Origin: Alphaproteobacteria bacterium
Lineage (GTDB): Bacteria; Pseudomonadota; Alphaproteobacteria; CAAHEQ01; UBA3637
Assembly (NCBI GenBank): GCA_017647405.1
Contig: JAGCKR010000063.1
Coordinates: 6,956 to 70,955 of the forward strand
Direction of reading: 5' to 3'
Length of the DNA stretch: 64,000 nt
Made by a program: the position numbers and the translations under genes. This document shows, piece by piece, positions 48,117 to 59,000 of the stretch (its first letter is position 1; each line of letters begins with the position of its first letter). Below the pieces are notes generated by a model. It was not told the DNA's origin. It made no database searches and worked only from the letters and a program-made list of their open reading frames with translations.

Positions 48117-48725
48117 TTAGAAAGAAACTCTTACCCCCGTATAAAATTCATGTGCCGATGTATCAAGACTAATACCATATTTTTCAAAATCACCATAATC
48201 CATATAGCGATAACCTGCATCAATAGCAAAATGATCCGTGATATCATAAGAAATACCTGCCCCTGCTTGCCAAGCAAAGTTTGTTTTCTTAATGTTACCT
48301 GAATATCCCAAAATATCAGCCGTCCCTTTTACATGAGAAACACCTATCCCAGCACCAATATATGGAGTTAATGCAGTCCCTGTTGGCAAATGATAATATG
48401 TATTTAACATAACCGATTGGGTTTCCACTTCAAAATCAATTAAACCATATGGCTTTGTTGAATTAGCGTTTTTGCTGTATTCAAGCTCCGCTCTCAATAT
48501 CCCATTTGAATTCTTATGTGCCACACCAACTGCCACACCAAATCCAGCAACATCTTCATCAACCGTTGTAACATCATATCCACTAGCTGTAACATCAGCA
48601 TCAAAAAGAGAATATTTTGCCTTAACACTCATATACGTTTTAATATCCTCTGAGTTTTGTTGCATTTGAGCTTGAGCATTAAAACAAAATAAGGAAACAA
48701 CGCCCAATAAAAAATATTTTTTCAT
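48117..48725 (-). CDS. Small outer-membrane beta-barrel protein (OmpA-like/Opa-like 8-strand porin family)
   Basis: The protein is 202 aa with a signal peptide (MKKYFLLGVVSLFCFNAQA). It shows alternating aromatic/hydrophobic beta-strand patterns and a C-terminal ...YTGVRVSF ending in Phe. Confidence 0.8.
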   Translation of the reverse strand: MKKYFLLGVVSLFCFNAQAQMQQNSEDIKTYMSVKAKYSLFDADVTASGYDVTTVDEDVAGFGVAVGVAHKNSNGILRAELEYSKNANSTKPYGLIDFEVETQSVMLNTYYHLPTGTALTPYIGAGIGVSHVKGTADILGYSGNIKKTNFAWQAGAGISYDITDHFAIDAGYRYMDYGDFEKYGISLDTSAHEFYTGVRVSF

Positions 48726-48945
48726 CCTTAACTTCCTTTCAAAATAAAATAAAATCGCCTGATGAGGGCGACTGGAAGTTGGAAACTACTAGCATGAATA
48801 GTGCGATATATTGGCTAAAAAGCGTATTTTACCGCCTTCCAGTCATACTGGAAAGCGTGTAAAATTTTCGTCTTTACACCTAGACGCATGCTAAGAGGTT
48901 TCCACACCTCAGATGAAACATCACTTCATCCGTTTTTAAGTCTAT
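48726..48945 (-). promoter_or_regulatory. Structured ~200-nt leader (or independent sRNA) ending in an intrinsic terminator just upstream of the OMP start codon
   Basis: The minus strand carries four elements. (1) A long-range helix, GGAAACCTCTTAGCATG...CATGCTAGTAGTTTCC. (2) Two internal hairpins, GTGTAAA/TTTACAC and CGCTTTCCAG/CTGGAAGGCG. (3) A downstream CTTCCAGTC able to pair alternatively with GACTGGAAG. (4) A terminator, AGTCGCC-ctcatca-GGCGATT followed by TTATTTTATTTT, then GAAAGGAAG and the ATG. Confidence 0.45.
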
Positions 48946-49145
48946 ATATAAAAGTTAAAAAATTCAAGATAAAAAGCAACCCATCTTTTAGTTTTATCTT
49001 TTTTATTGTATCAAAATGAAAAACATACTTATCTCCCCCCCCTCTTATCCCTCACCTGAGAAGAACCATCTTGTCTAACACCCTCCCCACTCCGATCCCA
49101 ATAGAACCTTCTTGCCTGGGTTCTTTACCTCTTTTTCTCTTCCAA

Positions 49146-49197
49146 TTAAAAAAACCGACCAAAAGGCCGGTTTTTATTGAATCCAAGTGAAGGGAAT
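49146..49197 (-). repeat. Diverged duplicate of the tRNA-Gly 3' end plus its downstream hairpin
   Basis: ttaaaaaaaccgaccaaaaggccggtttttattgaatccaagtgaagggaat aligns with 49314-49366 (acaaaaaaaccgaccaaagggtcggcttttttgttggagcgagtgaagggaat). The 12-mer agtgaagggaat is identical to the tRNA-Gly T-arm/acceptor segment. Confidence 0.75.
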
Positions 49198-49347
49198 GCT
49201 CGTGATTTATCACTCGTCCCTCGCTTGCTCGGGACCGTCCTTATCGGACGTCCGCTCCTTTCCAGTCGCGACCGAACCCTCTGCTCGGGTTCTTATCCCC
49301 TTTCCTACTTCCAACAAAAAAACCGACCAAAGGGTCGGCTTTTTTGT

Positions 49348-49421
49348 TGGAGCGAGTGAAGGGAATCAAACCCTCGTCTTAAGCTTGGGAAGCTTCCGCT
49401 CTACCATTGAGCTACACTCGC
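49348..49421 (-). tRNA. tRNA-Gly (anticodon CCC)
   Basis: The reverse complement reads GCGAGTGTAGCTCAATGGTAGAGCGGAAGCTTCCCAAGCTTAAGACGAGGGTTTGATTCCCTTCACTCGCTCCA. The anticodon loop is TTCCCAA and CCA is encoded. Confidence 0.93.
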
Positions 49422-49564
49422 TTAAAACAAAGTTATAGTAATCCTTTTTAATTAAAAATGCAATACCCATTCTTAAAAAAATCTATTTTTCCCCTCTTGC
49501 CAATTTAATTAAAATCTATTAACATATTTTTGCAAAAATTAACTTCCAAACAAATAGAGGAATT

Positions 49565-50527
49565 ATGAAAAAAACAAACCTAAAGCGTCTGTTAAAAAAA
49601 GCAATATCATGGGCCGGCTTATTCTTTTTTGTTATTGCCGCCGTTATGCTTTATTTTCAGCTTTCAAAATATCCACCGGAAGATATTAAAAATGCCCTTT
49701 TTAATATTCCCACAAAAAATTTGATTTACGCTTGCATCGCCTCTTTCTTAGGATATGTTGCTCTTTCAACTTATGATTTTTTAGCACTCAAATATATTAA
49801 AAGAAAACTAGAAAGTTGGAAATGGATTTTAGTTGGATTTATCGGCTATTCCGTCAGCAATAATGCCGGACATGCCATTGTTTCTGGTGGAACAGTCCGA
49901 TACCGTTTTTATACCAGATGGCGCTTCCGTGGTTCTGAAATCGTTAAAATGGTCACATTTTCAGGATTCACATATCTGATCGCCTGTTTCTTTTTAACGG
50001 TTGTCGGCTATTTACTTACCCCAGAACAAGCATTTGGCTCTGCTCAAGCATCGCATATCACAACATTATTGGTTGCTCTTGGTTCGTTTATCGGTCTTGT
50101 AGGCTATTTCCTCTTGTGTGCCTTTTATAAAAAGCCAATTAAAATCGGCCAAATTTCCTTAAATATGCCCTCCGTAAAAATGGGTCTAGCCCAAATGTTT
50201 TTAGGTAGTTTTGATATCGTTTTAGCTTCTTTTGTTTTATATTTTTGCCTTATTCCATTTATAGAAATCCCGTTTCATATTTTTATTGGAGTCTTTTTAG
50301 TTGCACAAGTTTTAGGTGTTTTCAGCCAAGTACCTGGCGGGTTGGGTGTTTTTGAAGGATTATTCTTAGCTATTATTCCTTCTGATGCAAACACAGCTCA
50401 TTTATTCGGTGCTTTAATCGCGTATCGCATTATTTATTATGTATTACCACTTATTTTATCAGGTATTGTTTTATTCCTCTATGAGGGTATCTTAAAAAAG
50501 AAAAAAGCACGTATAAGATCAAAATAA
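49565..50527 (+). CDS. Polytopic membrane protein, lysylphosphatidylglycerol-synthase-TM-region/UPF0104 (flippase-like) family
   Basis: The protein is 320 aa with about 8 TM helices. A basic N-terminus (KRLLKKAISW) is followed by a motif pattern (LSTYDFLALKYI, SNNAGHAIVSGGTVRYRFY, PGGLGVFEG) typical of this family. Confidence 0.55.
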   Translation: MKKTNLKRLLKKAISWAGLFFFVIAAVMLYFQLSKYPPEDIKNALFNIPTKNLIYACIASFLGYVALSTYDFLALKYIKRKLESWKWILVGFIGYSVSNNAGHAIVSGGTVRYRFYTRWRFRGSEIVKMVTFSGFTYLIACFFLTVVGYLLTPEQAFGSAQASHITTLLVALGSFIGLVGYFLLCAFYKKPIKIGQISLNMPSVKMGLAQMFLGSFDIVLASFVLYFCLIPFIEIPFHIFIGVFLVAQVLGVFSQVPGGLGVFEGLFLAIIPSDANTAHLFGALIAYRIIYYVLPLILSGIVLFLYEGILKKKKARIRSK

Positions 50528-50531
50528 ACAT

Positions 50532-50564
50532 AAAAAAAAGCGAGTTATAAAAACTCGCTTTTTT
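50532..50564. terminator. Bidirectional terminator
   Basis: AAAAAAAAGCGAGTT-ataaa-AACTCGCTTTTTT. Confidence 0.8.
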
Positions 50565-51060
50565 ATTTTATAACCTCATTTGGATATATGCCATAAAGAT
50601 TAATACGCTTAACCCAGCCTTTTATCTTTTTTTCACCGGTATCAAACTCTAATTCACAAAAATCATTTTTAAATGGGCAAGATTCAACTTTGGCTAACAC
50701 ATCCTTTGTTGCATAAGCTTTAATTTTAGAAGAGATATCCGCTTTTCTAAAAACATCAGAATCCTGTTTTAAAAGAACATATCTAACACCAGAAATCATT
50801 CGACGGTGAACCCAACCAATTGTACCATCAATTTCTCTAATTTGACGCCAAAGTTCATGCTCATCAATGACTTCTACTGGATAATTCTTTTTTTTATATA
50901 CATACTTAATTGGATATCGACTTCCGGGACCCGTTCTTAAATTCACTTCTCCCATTTTCAAAGAAACAAATCTGGGTACAACTAGTTGCTCTTGCGCCTG
51001 TAACGGCGCTAAAAAGCCAACAGAAAGCAAAAACAAAACAAGAGGGAGTTTCATGTTCAT
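50563..51060 (-). CDS. Secreted SH3-like domain protein (alphaproteobacterial DUF1058 type)
   Basis: The protein is 165 aa with a signal peptide (LPLVLFLLSVGFLAPLQAQ). It carries PRFVSLKMGEVNLRTGPGSRYPIKYVYKKKNYPVEVIDEHELWRQIREIDGTIGWVH. Confidence 0.7.
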   Translation of the reverse strand: MNMKLPLVLFLLSVGFLAPLQAQEQLVVPRFVSLKMGEVNLRTGPGSRYPIKYVYKKKNYPVEVIDEHELWRQIREIDGTIGWVHRRMISGVRYVLLKQDSDVFRKADISSKIKAYATKDVLAKVESCPFKNDFCELEFDTGEKKIKGWVKRINLYGIYPNEVIK

Positions 51061-51063
51061 ATG

Positions 51064-51594
51064 CTATTTAACCCTCATACGAATAGATTTAACCGGTCTT
51101 CGTTGGGATGTTGGTTCAGCAACATCTTCCGGCTCACTTTCTTGTTGTTTCTTATCTACCCACAAATCAGATACAGGTGTTGCATCCGTTTCTTCATTCG
51201 ATTCTACTTCATTCCAACATACCTGCTCCACCGGGGAAATAACTAATTCAGCAATCACATCTCCCCGATTAATAAATTGAGCTTTTGAGCTATCATTTTT
51301 AATAAGAACAAATACAGGTCCACGATCTGCCGGATTCAAAATGGATGGTGCTGATTTAACAATAAGCCCTTTTTCTTTCACTAACTCCGGCACAGAAATA
51401 ATAAAACCACATAACCCTCTTGGAATACCGATTGAAAAACCAATTGGCAAACAAACAACATCTCCTGATTCTAATTTGATTACATCAGGAATTGCAGCCA
51501 TTAATGAAAGACCCATATGGTCTTTTGTTTCATACATCGGTAAAGGCAACCCATACCCATCCGCCGTCCGAAGAATTTGTAATTTTGGGGCCAT
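51064..51594 (-). CDS. dUTPase-fold protein with degenerate catalytic motifs and an acidic/basic C-terminal tail
   Basis: The protein is 176 aa and aligns by eye along the whole trimeric dUTPase core (LPLPMYETKDHMGLSL..., KLESGDVVCLPIGFSIGIP, GDVIAELVISPVEQV). Conserved motif residues are replaced and motif V is absent; see the corresponding finding. Confidence 0.6.
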   Translation of the reverse strand: MAPKLQILRTADGYGLPLPMYETKDHMGLSLMAAIPDVIKLESGDVVCLPIGFSIGIPRGLCGFIISVPELVKEKGLIVKSAPSILNPADRGPVFVLIKNDSSKAQFINRGDVIAELVISPVEQVCWNEVESNEETDATPVSDLWVDKKQQESEPEDVAEPTSQRRPVKSIRMRVK

Positions 51595-51784
51595 TTTTGA
51601 TCCTCTACATGTTCTGCTGAAATAAAAATGTATATTTTTTTAACATATTGACACTCACCTAAAAAAAAGTCAAGATAAAATATACACTTATTTTTATATA
51701 AACTCTCTCATTAAATAAAAAAACAACCGATAAAATTAATTAAAAAAAGACATCAAATAAATGAATCGCATGGTTTCTAAAGAT

Positions 51785-51815
51785 AAAAAAAGGAGCGATT
51801 GCTCGCTCCTTTTTT
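51785..51815 (-). terminator. Rho-independent terminator after rpoC
   Basis: The minus strand reads AAAAAAGGAGCGAGCAATCGCTCCTTTTTTT. Confidence 0.8.
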
Positions 51816-51822
51816 CTTCTGA

Positions 51823-54800
51823 TTAAGAAACTGTTGTTTCTTTTTGTGCTTCCAAAATCTCTTTATCCCGTTGGGCAGCGATTTTGCGTAATCTTTGCAT
51901 TTGAGCACCAGTTCCTGCCGGGATTAAACGTCCAACAATAACGTTTTCTTTAAGTCCGGCAAGCTTATCTCTACGACCAGCTGTTGCAGCTTCCGTTAAC
52001 ACACGTGTTGTTTCTTGGAAGGAGGCCGCTGAGATAAATGAACTTGTCTGCAAGCTGGCTTTTGTGATACCCAACAAGACTGGGGCGGCAACTGCCGGAC
52101 GACCATTCATTTTGAGTGTTTTTTCATTTTCAGCCTGTAAAACTTCTTTATCAACTTGTTCACCTGTTAATAATGTTGTATCACCAGCATCAATAACTTC
52201 AAGACGTTGCATCATTTGACGAACAATCACTTCAATGTGTTTATCATTAATTTTAACACCTTGTAAACGATAAACAGCTTGAACTTCTTTAATCAAATAA
52301 TGAGCCAATGCTTCAACACCCATCACACGCAAAATATCATGCGGATCCAAAGCGCCTTCAACAATCATATCGCCTTTACGAACAATATCACCTTCATGAA
52401 CAGCAATTGAACGACCTTTTGGAATGAGGTATTCTCTTGTTGTTTCACCGTCTTCACCAATAATCATGATGCGGCGTTTTGTTTTAAAGTCAACACCGTA
52501 TTCAACGCGACCATCAATTTCAGCAATAATTGCTGCATCTTTCGGACAACGAGCTTCAAAGAGTTCAGCCACACGAGGCAAACCACCTGTAATATCTCTT
52601 GTTTTTGTGGATTCACGAGGCAATCTGGCTAACACGTCACCAACTTGAACTTTTTGACCGTTTGAAACGCTAACAACAGCATCAACCGGCAAGTAGTAAC
52701 GAGCTTCCATACCATTACCAAACTTAAAGATTTCACCTTTGTCATCAAGCAAAACAAGATGCGGTTTACGTTCTGTTTTTGATGTTGCCGGTCTCATAAC
52801 CACTTTAGATGTCAAACCTGTTGCATCATCAACAACTTCACGAACTGTTTCACCTTCAACTAAATCTTCAAATTTAACAGTACCGGATTTATCAACGATA
52901 ATTGGCATTGTATATGGATCCCAATCAGCAATACGAGAACCTTTTGTTACCTTATCATTGTTTTCAACTAACAAACGGGCACCATACGGCAATTTGTGAC
53001 GAGCTTTTTCGCGATTGTTTGCATCCAACAATGAAACTTCGCAGTTTCTTGCCAATACAATCTTATCACCTTTTGAGTCCGTAATAATATTGCAGTTAGA
53101 AATACGAACTTTCGCATCAAAACCAACATCAATACTTGATTGTTCAGCACCACGTTGCGCCGCACCACCGATGTGGAATGTACGCATGGTGAGCTGTGTA
53201 CCCGGTTCACCAATGGATTGGGCTGCGATAATACCAACAACTTCACCCAAGTTCACCGGCGTTCCACGTGATAAGTCACGACCATAACAGCAAGCACAGA
53301 TACCGTTTTCAGCTTCACATGTTAAAACAGAACGGATACGAACCGATTCAACACCGACTGAGTCAATCTTTTCAACATCAACTTCATCGATAAGTTTATT
53401 TTTCGGAACGATAACTTCACCTGTTTCCGGATCAACAATATCTTCAGCAGCCGTTCTACCCAAAATACGTTCACCGGTTGTTGCAATCACATCGCCACCT
53501 TCAATAATCGGCTGAATGGTGATGCCATTATCCGTACCACAATCATCTATCGTAATAATAGCATCTTGGGCAACGTCTACCAAACGACGGGTCAAGTAAC
53601 CGGAGTTCGCTGTTTTCAAAGCAGTATCTGCCAAACCTTTACGAGCACCGTGTGTGGAGTTAAAGTATTCCATAACGGTTAACCCTTCTTTAAAGTTAGA
53701 TGTAATCGGTGTTTCAATAATTTCACCTGATGGTTTAGCCATTAAACCACGCATACCAGCAAGCTGTCTCATCTGAGCGGCACTACCACGAGCACCTGAG
53801 TGAGCCATCATATAAACTGAGTTAACTGGTTTACCAACTTCTGTTTTTGAAATTTCTTTCATCATGGCATCGGCAATTGCATCTGTACATGAAGCCCAAG
53901 AGTCAACAACTTTATTGTATTTTTCAAGACGTGTAATCAAACCATCTTGATATTGACGTTCATATTCTGCTGTTTTTTGTTTTGTTTCTTCCAACAATGT
54001 TTTCTTTTCTGCCGGAACAATCAAATCATCTTTACCAAATGAAATACCGGAAAGAGCTGCTTGACGATAACCAAGACCCATCACTCTGTCAGCAAAAATA
54101 CAGGTTTCTTTTTGACCGCAATAACGATAAACAGCATCAATAATATCTGAAACCTCTTTTTTACGGATCAAACGGTTCATTAAACTAAACGGAATCTTGC
54201 TGTTATCTGGCAAAATAGAAGCCAATTTAACACGGCCCGGTGTTGTTTCAACAACACGTGTGCGTTTTTGACCATCATCTTCCATAATTGTTAAACGAAC
54301 TTTAATTTTTGCATGTAATGAAACTTGTTTTTCAAATAAGGCATGTTCAATTTCTTGCGGATCTGCAAAAATCATACCTTCACCTTTTTCACCATCACGT
54401 TGCATTGAAAGATAATACAAACCTAAAATAATATCTTGTGTTGGCACAATAATCGGCTTACCACTAGCAGGTGACAAAATATTGTTTGTACTCATCATCA
54501 AAACACGAGCTTCTAATTGAGCCTCTGTTGAAAGAGGAACGTGAACAGCCATCTGGTCACCGTCAAAGTCAGCGTTAAATGCTGTACAAACAAGTGGATG
54601 TAACTGAATGGCTTTACCTTCAATCAAAACCGGTTCAAAAGCTTGAATACCCAAACGGTGCAATGTCGGCGCACGGTTCAACAACACAGGGTGTTCACGG
54701 ATAACTTCTGATAAAATATCCCAAACTTCCGGTTTTTCTTTTTCAACCATTTTCTTGGCGGCCTTAATTGTTGAAGCCAAACCACGTTGTTCTAATTTAG

Positions 54801-55950
54801 AGTAAATAAACGGTTTAAATAATTCCAAAGCCATACGTTTTGGCAACCCACATTGATGCAACATCAATTCAGGACCAACCGTAATAACTGAACGACCTGA
54901 ATAGTCCACACGTTTACCAAGCAAGTTTTGACGGAAACGACCTTGTTTACCTTTGAGCATATCGGCTAATGATTTAAGCGGACGTTTATTAATTCCTGCA
55001 ACAGCGCGACCTCTGCGACCATTATCGAACAAAGCATCAACAGCTTCTTGAAGCATACGTTTTTCATTACGGATAATGATTTCAGGTGCACGCAACTCTA
55101 ACAATCTCTTTAAACGATTGTTTCTGTTAATAACACGACGATACAAATCATTTAAATCAGATGTTGCAAAACGACCACCATCTAATGGAACCAATGGGCG
55201 CAATTCAGGTGGAATAACCGGCAACACATCCAAAACCATCCATTCAGGACGAGAACCTGATTCTAAAAATGCTTCAACAAGTTTCAATTTTTTAACGATT
55301 TTTTTGCGTTTCATATCGCTTGTTGTTCCAATCAAATCAGCACGCAGATTTGCAGCTTCTGCAGCTAAATCGATTTGAGAAAGCATTTCTTTAATAGCTT
55401 CAGCACCAATACCAACACGGAAAGAATCTTCACCATATTCTTCCAAAGCAGCTTGATATTGTTCTTCATTTAATAAATCATGCAATTTTAAGGATGTTAA
55501 ACCCGGTTCAATAACAATATATTTTTCAAAATAAAGAACAGCTTCCAAATTTTTAAGCATCATATCAAGTAATGTGCCGATACGACTTGGAAGTGATTTT
55601 AAAAACCAAATATGTGTAACCGGACAGGCCAATTCAATATGACCCATTCTTTCGCGACGAACTTTTGATAATGTGACTTCAACACCGCACTTTTCGCAAG
55701 TAATACCGCGATATTTCATTCTTTTATATTTACCGCACAAACATTCATAATCTTTAACAGGACCAAAGATTTTTGCACAGAATAAACCATCTTTTTCTGG
55801 CTTAAATGTACGGTAGTTAATTGTTTCAGGACGTGTTACTTCACCAAAAGACCATGCTCTGATTTTTTCTGGTGATGCAATGGAAATGCGGATATCGTCA
55901 AAAGACTGTGGTGATGCAACTTGTCCAAAAGTAGAAATTAAATCATTCAT
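51823..55950 (-). CDS. rpoC: DNA-directed RNA polymerase subunit beta'
   Basis: The protein is 1375 aa. It has zinc-binding [23 protein letters not shown] and the catalytic NADFDGDQM. Confidence 0.99.
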   Translation of the reverse strand: MNDLISTFGQVASPQSFDDIRISIASPEKIRAWSFGEVTRPETINYRTFKPEKDGLFCAKIFGPVKDYECLCGKYKRMKYRGITCEKCGVEVTLSKVRRERMGHIELACPVTHIWFLKSLPSRIGTLLDMMLKNLEAVLYFEKYIVIEPGLTSLKLHDLLNEEQYQAALEEYGEDSFRVGIGAEAIKEMLSQIDLAAEAANLRADLIGTTSDMKRKKIVKKLKLVEAFLESGSRPEWMVLDVLPVIPPELRPLVPLDGGRFATSDLNDLYRRVINRNNRLKRLLELRAPEIIIRNEKRMLQEAVDALFDNGRRGRAVAGINKRPLKSLADMLKGKQGRFRQNLLGKRVDYSGRSVITVGPELMLHQCGLPKRMALELFKPFIYSKLEQRGLASTIKAAKKMVEKEKPEVWDILSEVIREHPVLLNRAPTLHRLGIQAFEPVLIEGKAIQLHPLVCTAFNADFDGDQMAVHVPLSTEAQLEARVLMMSTNNILSPASGKPIIVPTQDIILGLYYLSMQRDGEKGEGMIFADPQEIEHALFEKQVSLHAKIKVRLTIMEDDGQKRTRVVETTPGRVKLASILPDNSKIPFSLMNRLIRKKEVSDIIDAVYRYCGQKETCIFADRVMGLGYRQAALSGISFGKDDLIVPAEKKTLLEETKQKTAEYERQYQDGLITRLEKYNKVVDSWASCTDAIADAMMKEISKTEVGKPVNSVYMMAHSGARGSAAQMRQLAGMRGLMAKPSGEIIETPITSNFKEGLTVMEYFNSTHGARKGLADTALKTANSGYLTRRLVDVAQDAIITIDDCGTDNGITIQPIIEGGDVIATTGERILGRTAAEDIVDPETGEVIVPKNKLIDEVDVEKIDSVGVESVRIRSVLTCEAENGICACCYGRDLSRGTPVNLGEVVGIIAAQSIGEPGTQLTMRTFHIGGAAQRGAEQSSIDVGFDAKVRISNCNIITDSKGDKIVLARNCEVSLLDANNREKARHKLPYGARLLVENNDKVTKGSRIADWDPYTMPIIVDKSGTVKFEDLVEGETVREVVDDATGLTSKVVMRPATSKTERKPHLVLLDDKGEIFKFGNGMEARYYLPVDAVVSVSNGQKVQVGDVLARLPRESTKTRDITGGLPRVAELFEARCPKDAAIIAEIDGRVEYGVDFKTKRRIMIIGEDGETTREYLIPKGRSIAVHEGDIVRKGDMIVEGALDPHDILRVMGVEALAHYLIKEVQAVYRLQGVKINDKHIEVIVRQMMQRLEVIDAGDTTLLTGEQVDKEVLQAENEKTLKMNGRPAVAAPVLLGITKASLQTSSFISAASFQETTRVLTEAATAGRRDKLAGLKENVIVGRLIPAGTGAQMQRLRKIAAQRDKEILEAQKETTVS

Positions 55951-56010
55951 CTGTTTTACCTCTTTTATTTTATTGAGCGGGAAGAGGTTAAAAACCCCTT
56001 CCCTATGAAA

Positions 56011-59000
56011 TTATTTGTCGTTTTGGTTTAATTCAACATCCAAGCCTAAAGAACGCATTTCTTTAACGAGAACGTTAAATGATTCAGGAATACCTGCTTC
56101 AAAGTTATTGTCGCCTCTGATAATTGTTTCATAAGCTTTAATACGGCCTGAAACGTCATCAGATTTGATTGTGAGCATTTCTTGCAATGTATAGGCAGCC
56201 CCATAAGCTTCCAATGCCCACACTTCCATTTCACCAAATCTCTGACCACCAAACTGGGCTTTACCACCGAGTGGTTGTTGTGTAACCAAGCTGTACGGTC
56301 CAATAGAACGAGCGTGAATTTTTTCATCAACCAAGTGGTGCAATTTTAACATATACATGTAACCAATTGTCACTTTGCGATCAAACGGTTCACCGGTCAA
56401 ACCATCATATAATGTAACTTGTCCTGATGAACTCAAACCAGCCATTGTTAACATATTGCTGATATCATCTTGATGAGCCCCATCGAAAACTGGTGTTGCA
56501 ATTGGAACACCCTTCTTCAAGTTTTCACTCATTGCAAGCAATGCTGTGTCATCCATCGGCGCAACTTTGTTGTTATATTCACGATCACCATAAACTTCTT
56601 TAAGTTTAGCGCGCAAATCTTCAACTTTTGCATGTTGAGCTTTTACTTCATCCACAACAGCACCGATCTGACGACCAAGTTCACGACAAGCATACCCCAA
56701 ATGTGTTTCCAAAATCTGACCAACATTCATACGAGATGGCACACCAAGAGGATTCAAAACGATATCCATTGGACGACCTTCTTCTGTGTATGGCATATCT
56801 TCGATTGGTAATACACGGGAAACCACACCTTTGTTTCCATGGCGACCAGACATTTTATCACCCGGTTGCAATTTCCGTTTTGTAGCAATAAAGACTTTGA
56901 CTTTTTTCAATTCACCAGCCATCATTTCATCGCCACGTTGCAATTTTTCCACACGGTTTTCGAATTTTTCTTGTAATTCTTTTTCAGCTTGATTGAGTGT
57001 TTCAATCAATTCTTCAACCTGTATCATCGCTGTATCATCAGCAATACTGATGCGACGCAAATTATAATTTGCAACATCCTTTAAGTTTTCTTCCGTTAAA
57101 ACAGTACCGGATTTAAATCCTTCTGCTTTAGCAACTTTTTGACCAATCAAAATAGCGCGGATACGATCATAGAATGATTTTTGCAAAATAGCTTTTTCAT
57201 CATCTCTGTCTTTTGCTAAACGACTGATTTCAGCTTGTTCAATCGCTAAAGCGCGTTCGTCTTTTTCAATACCTCTACGCGTAAAGACACGAACATCAAT
57301 AACCGTTCCAAAAACCCCAGGAGGAACACGCAAAGAAGAATCTCTAACATCTGCGGCTTTTTCACCAAAGATTGTGCGGAGTAATTTTTCTTCCGGAGTC
57401 ATGATTGTTTCACCTTTTGGTGTTACTTTACCAACCAAGATGTCGCCGGCTTTAACTTCTGCACCGATGTAAACAATACCTGTTTCATCAAGATTTTTAA
57501 GACCTTCTTCACCAACATTTGGAATATCGCGCGTAATTTCTTCTTGACCTAATTTTGTATCGCGAGCAACAACTTCAAACTCTTCCAAGTGAATAGATGT
57601 AAAGACATCATCACGAGCAATTCTTTCAGAAATCAAAATAGAGTCTTCGTAGTTGTAACCATTCCATGGCATAAAGGCAACAAAAACGTTACGTCCCAAA
57701 GCCAATTCACCTAATTGTGTACAAGGGCCATCAGCAATAATATCACCTTTGCGAACAATTTCACCTGTTTTTACAAGTGGTTGTTGAGTCATACATGTTC
57801 CTTGGTTAGAACGTTGGAATTTAGCCAATGTATAAATATCAACACCTGCACTTGTTGTTGTTAATTCATCAGTTGCTTGAATAACAATACGTGAAGAATC
57901 AACTTGTGTGACAATACCTGAACGTTTAGCAGTAATTGCAGCTTTTGAATCCTTTGCAACAACAGCTTCCATCCCTGTACCAACAAGCGGAGCTTCCACT
58001 TTTAACAATGGAACACCTTGTTTCTGCATGTTAGATCCCATCAAAGCGCGGTTAGCGTCATCGTTTTCCAAGAACGGAATAAGAGATGCGGCAACAGATA
58101 CAACTTGTTTTGGTGAAACGTCAATCATATCGATTTCGCTTGGCTTAGCTTGTAAAACTTCACCAGCGCGACGTGCTGTAACAAATTCTTCCAAAAATTC
58201 GCCTTGTTCATTTAATTTTGCATTTGCCTGAGCAATTGTATATTTTGCTTCTTCCATAGCGGATAAATAAACAACATCAGATGATACCTTACCATCAACA
58301 ACTTTGCGATATGGACTTTCAATAAAACCATATTTATTTACTTTTGCATAGCTTGCCAAAGAGTTAATCAAACCGATGTTTTGACCTTCCGGAGATTCAA
58401 TCGGACAAATACGTCCATAATGTGTTGGATGAACGTCACGAACTTCCATACCGGCTCTATCACGAGTCAACCCACCAGGACCTAAAGCTGACAAACGACG
58501 TTTGTGCGTAATTTCAGACAATGGGTTGTTTTGATCCATAAATTGAGATAATTGTGAAGAGGCAAAGAATTCACGAACTGCAGCTGAAAGAGGTTTTGCA
58601 TTGATTAAATCATATGGCATCACTGAATCAATTTCACTGGATGTCATCCGTTCGCGAATCATTCTTTCCATACGAAGCAAGCCAAGACGATATTGATTTT
58701 CCATCAATTCACCAACGGAACGAACACGACGGTTTCCAAGGTTATCAATATCATCAATTTGACCTTTACCATCTTTCAACTCAACTAATGTTTTTAAGAT
58801 TCTTAAGATATCATCTTTTCTTAAAACACGAACAGAATCAGGAACTTCTTCTGTATCAATGCCTAATCTTAAATTCATTTTTACACGACCGACAGCAGAT
58901 AAATCATATCTTTCCAAATCAAAGAACATGCTGCGGAATAAGGCATCAGCTGTTTCAACAACCGGTAATTCACCTGGACGCATAATTTTATAAATATCAA

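Noticed and set aside
48726-49347. The possibility that the GC-rich structured sequences near tRNA-Gly are the two-piece (permuted) alphaproteobacterial tmRNA, or the SRP or RNase P RNA.
   Set aside because: I could not find a tag reading frame of the ANDN...AA type with a resume codon. There is no tRNA-Ala-like acceptor/T-arm ending in CCA other than tRNA-Gly itself. There is no SRP domain IV motif (GGAA tetraloop within ...AGGUCCGGAAGGAAGCAGC...) and there are no RNase P conserved regions (GAGGAAAGUCC...).
49177-49438. Two plus-strand ORFs (60 and 83 aa) on the track, over the GC-rich region next to tRNA-Gly.
   Set aside because: They overlap the antisense of tRNA-Gly, its duplicated 3' fragment and the terminator hairpins. 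The open frames are a by-product of locally high GC content, and neither has an RBS.
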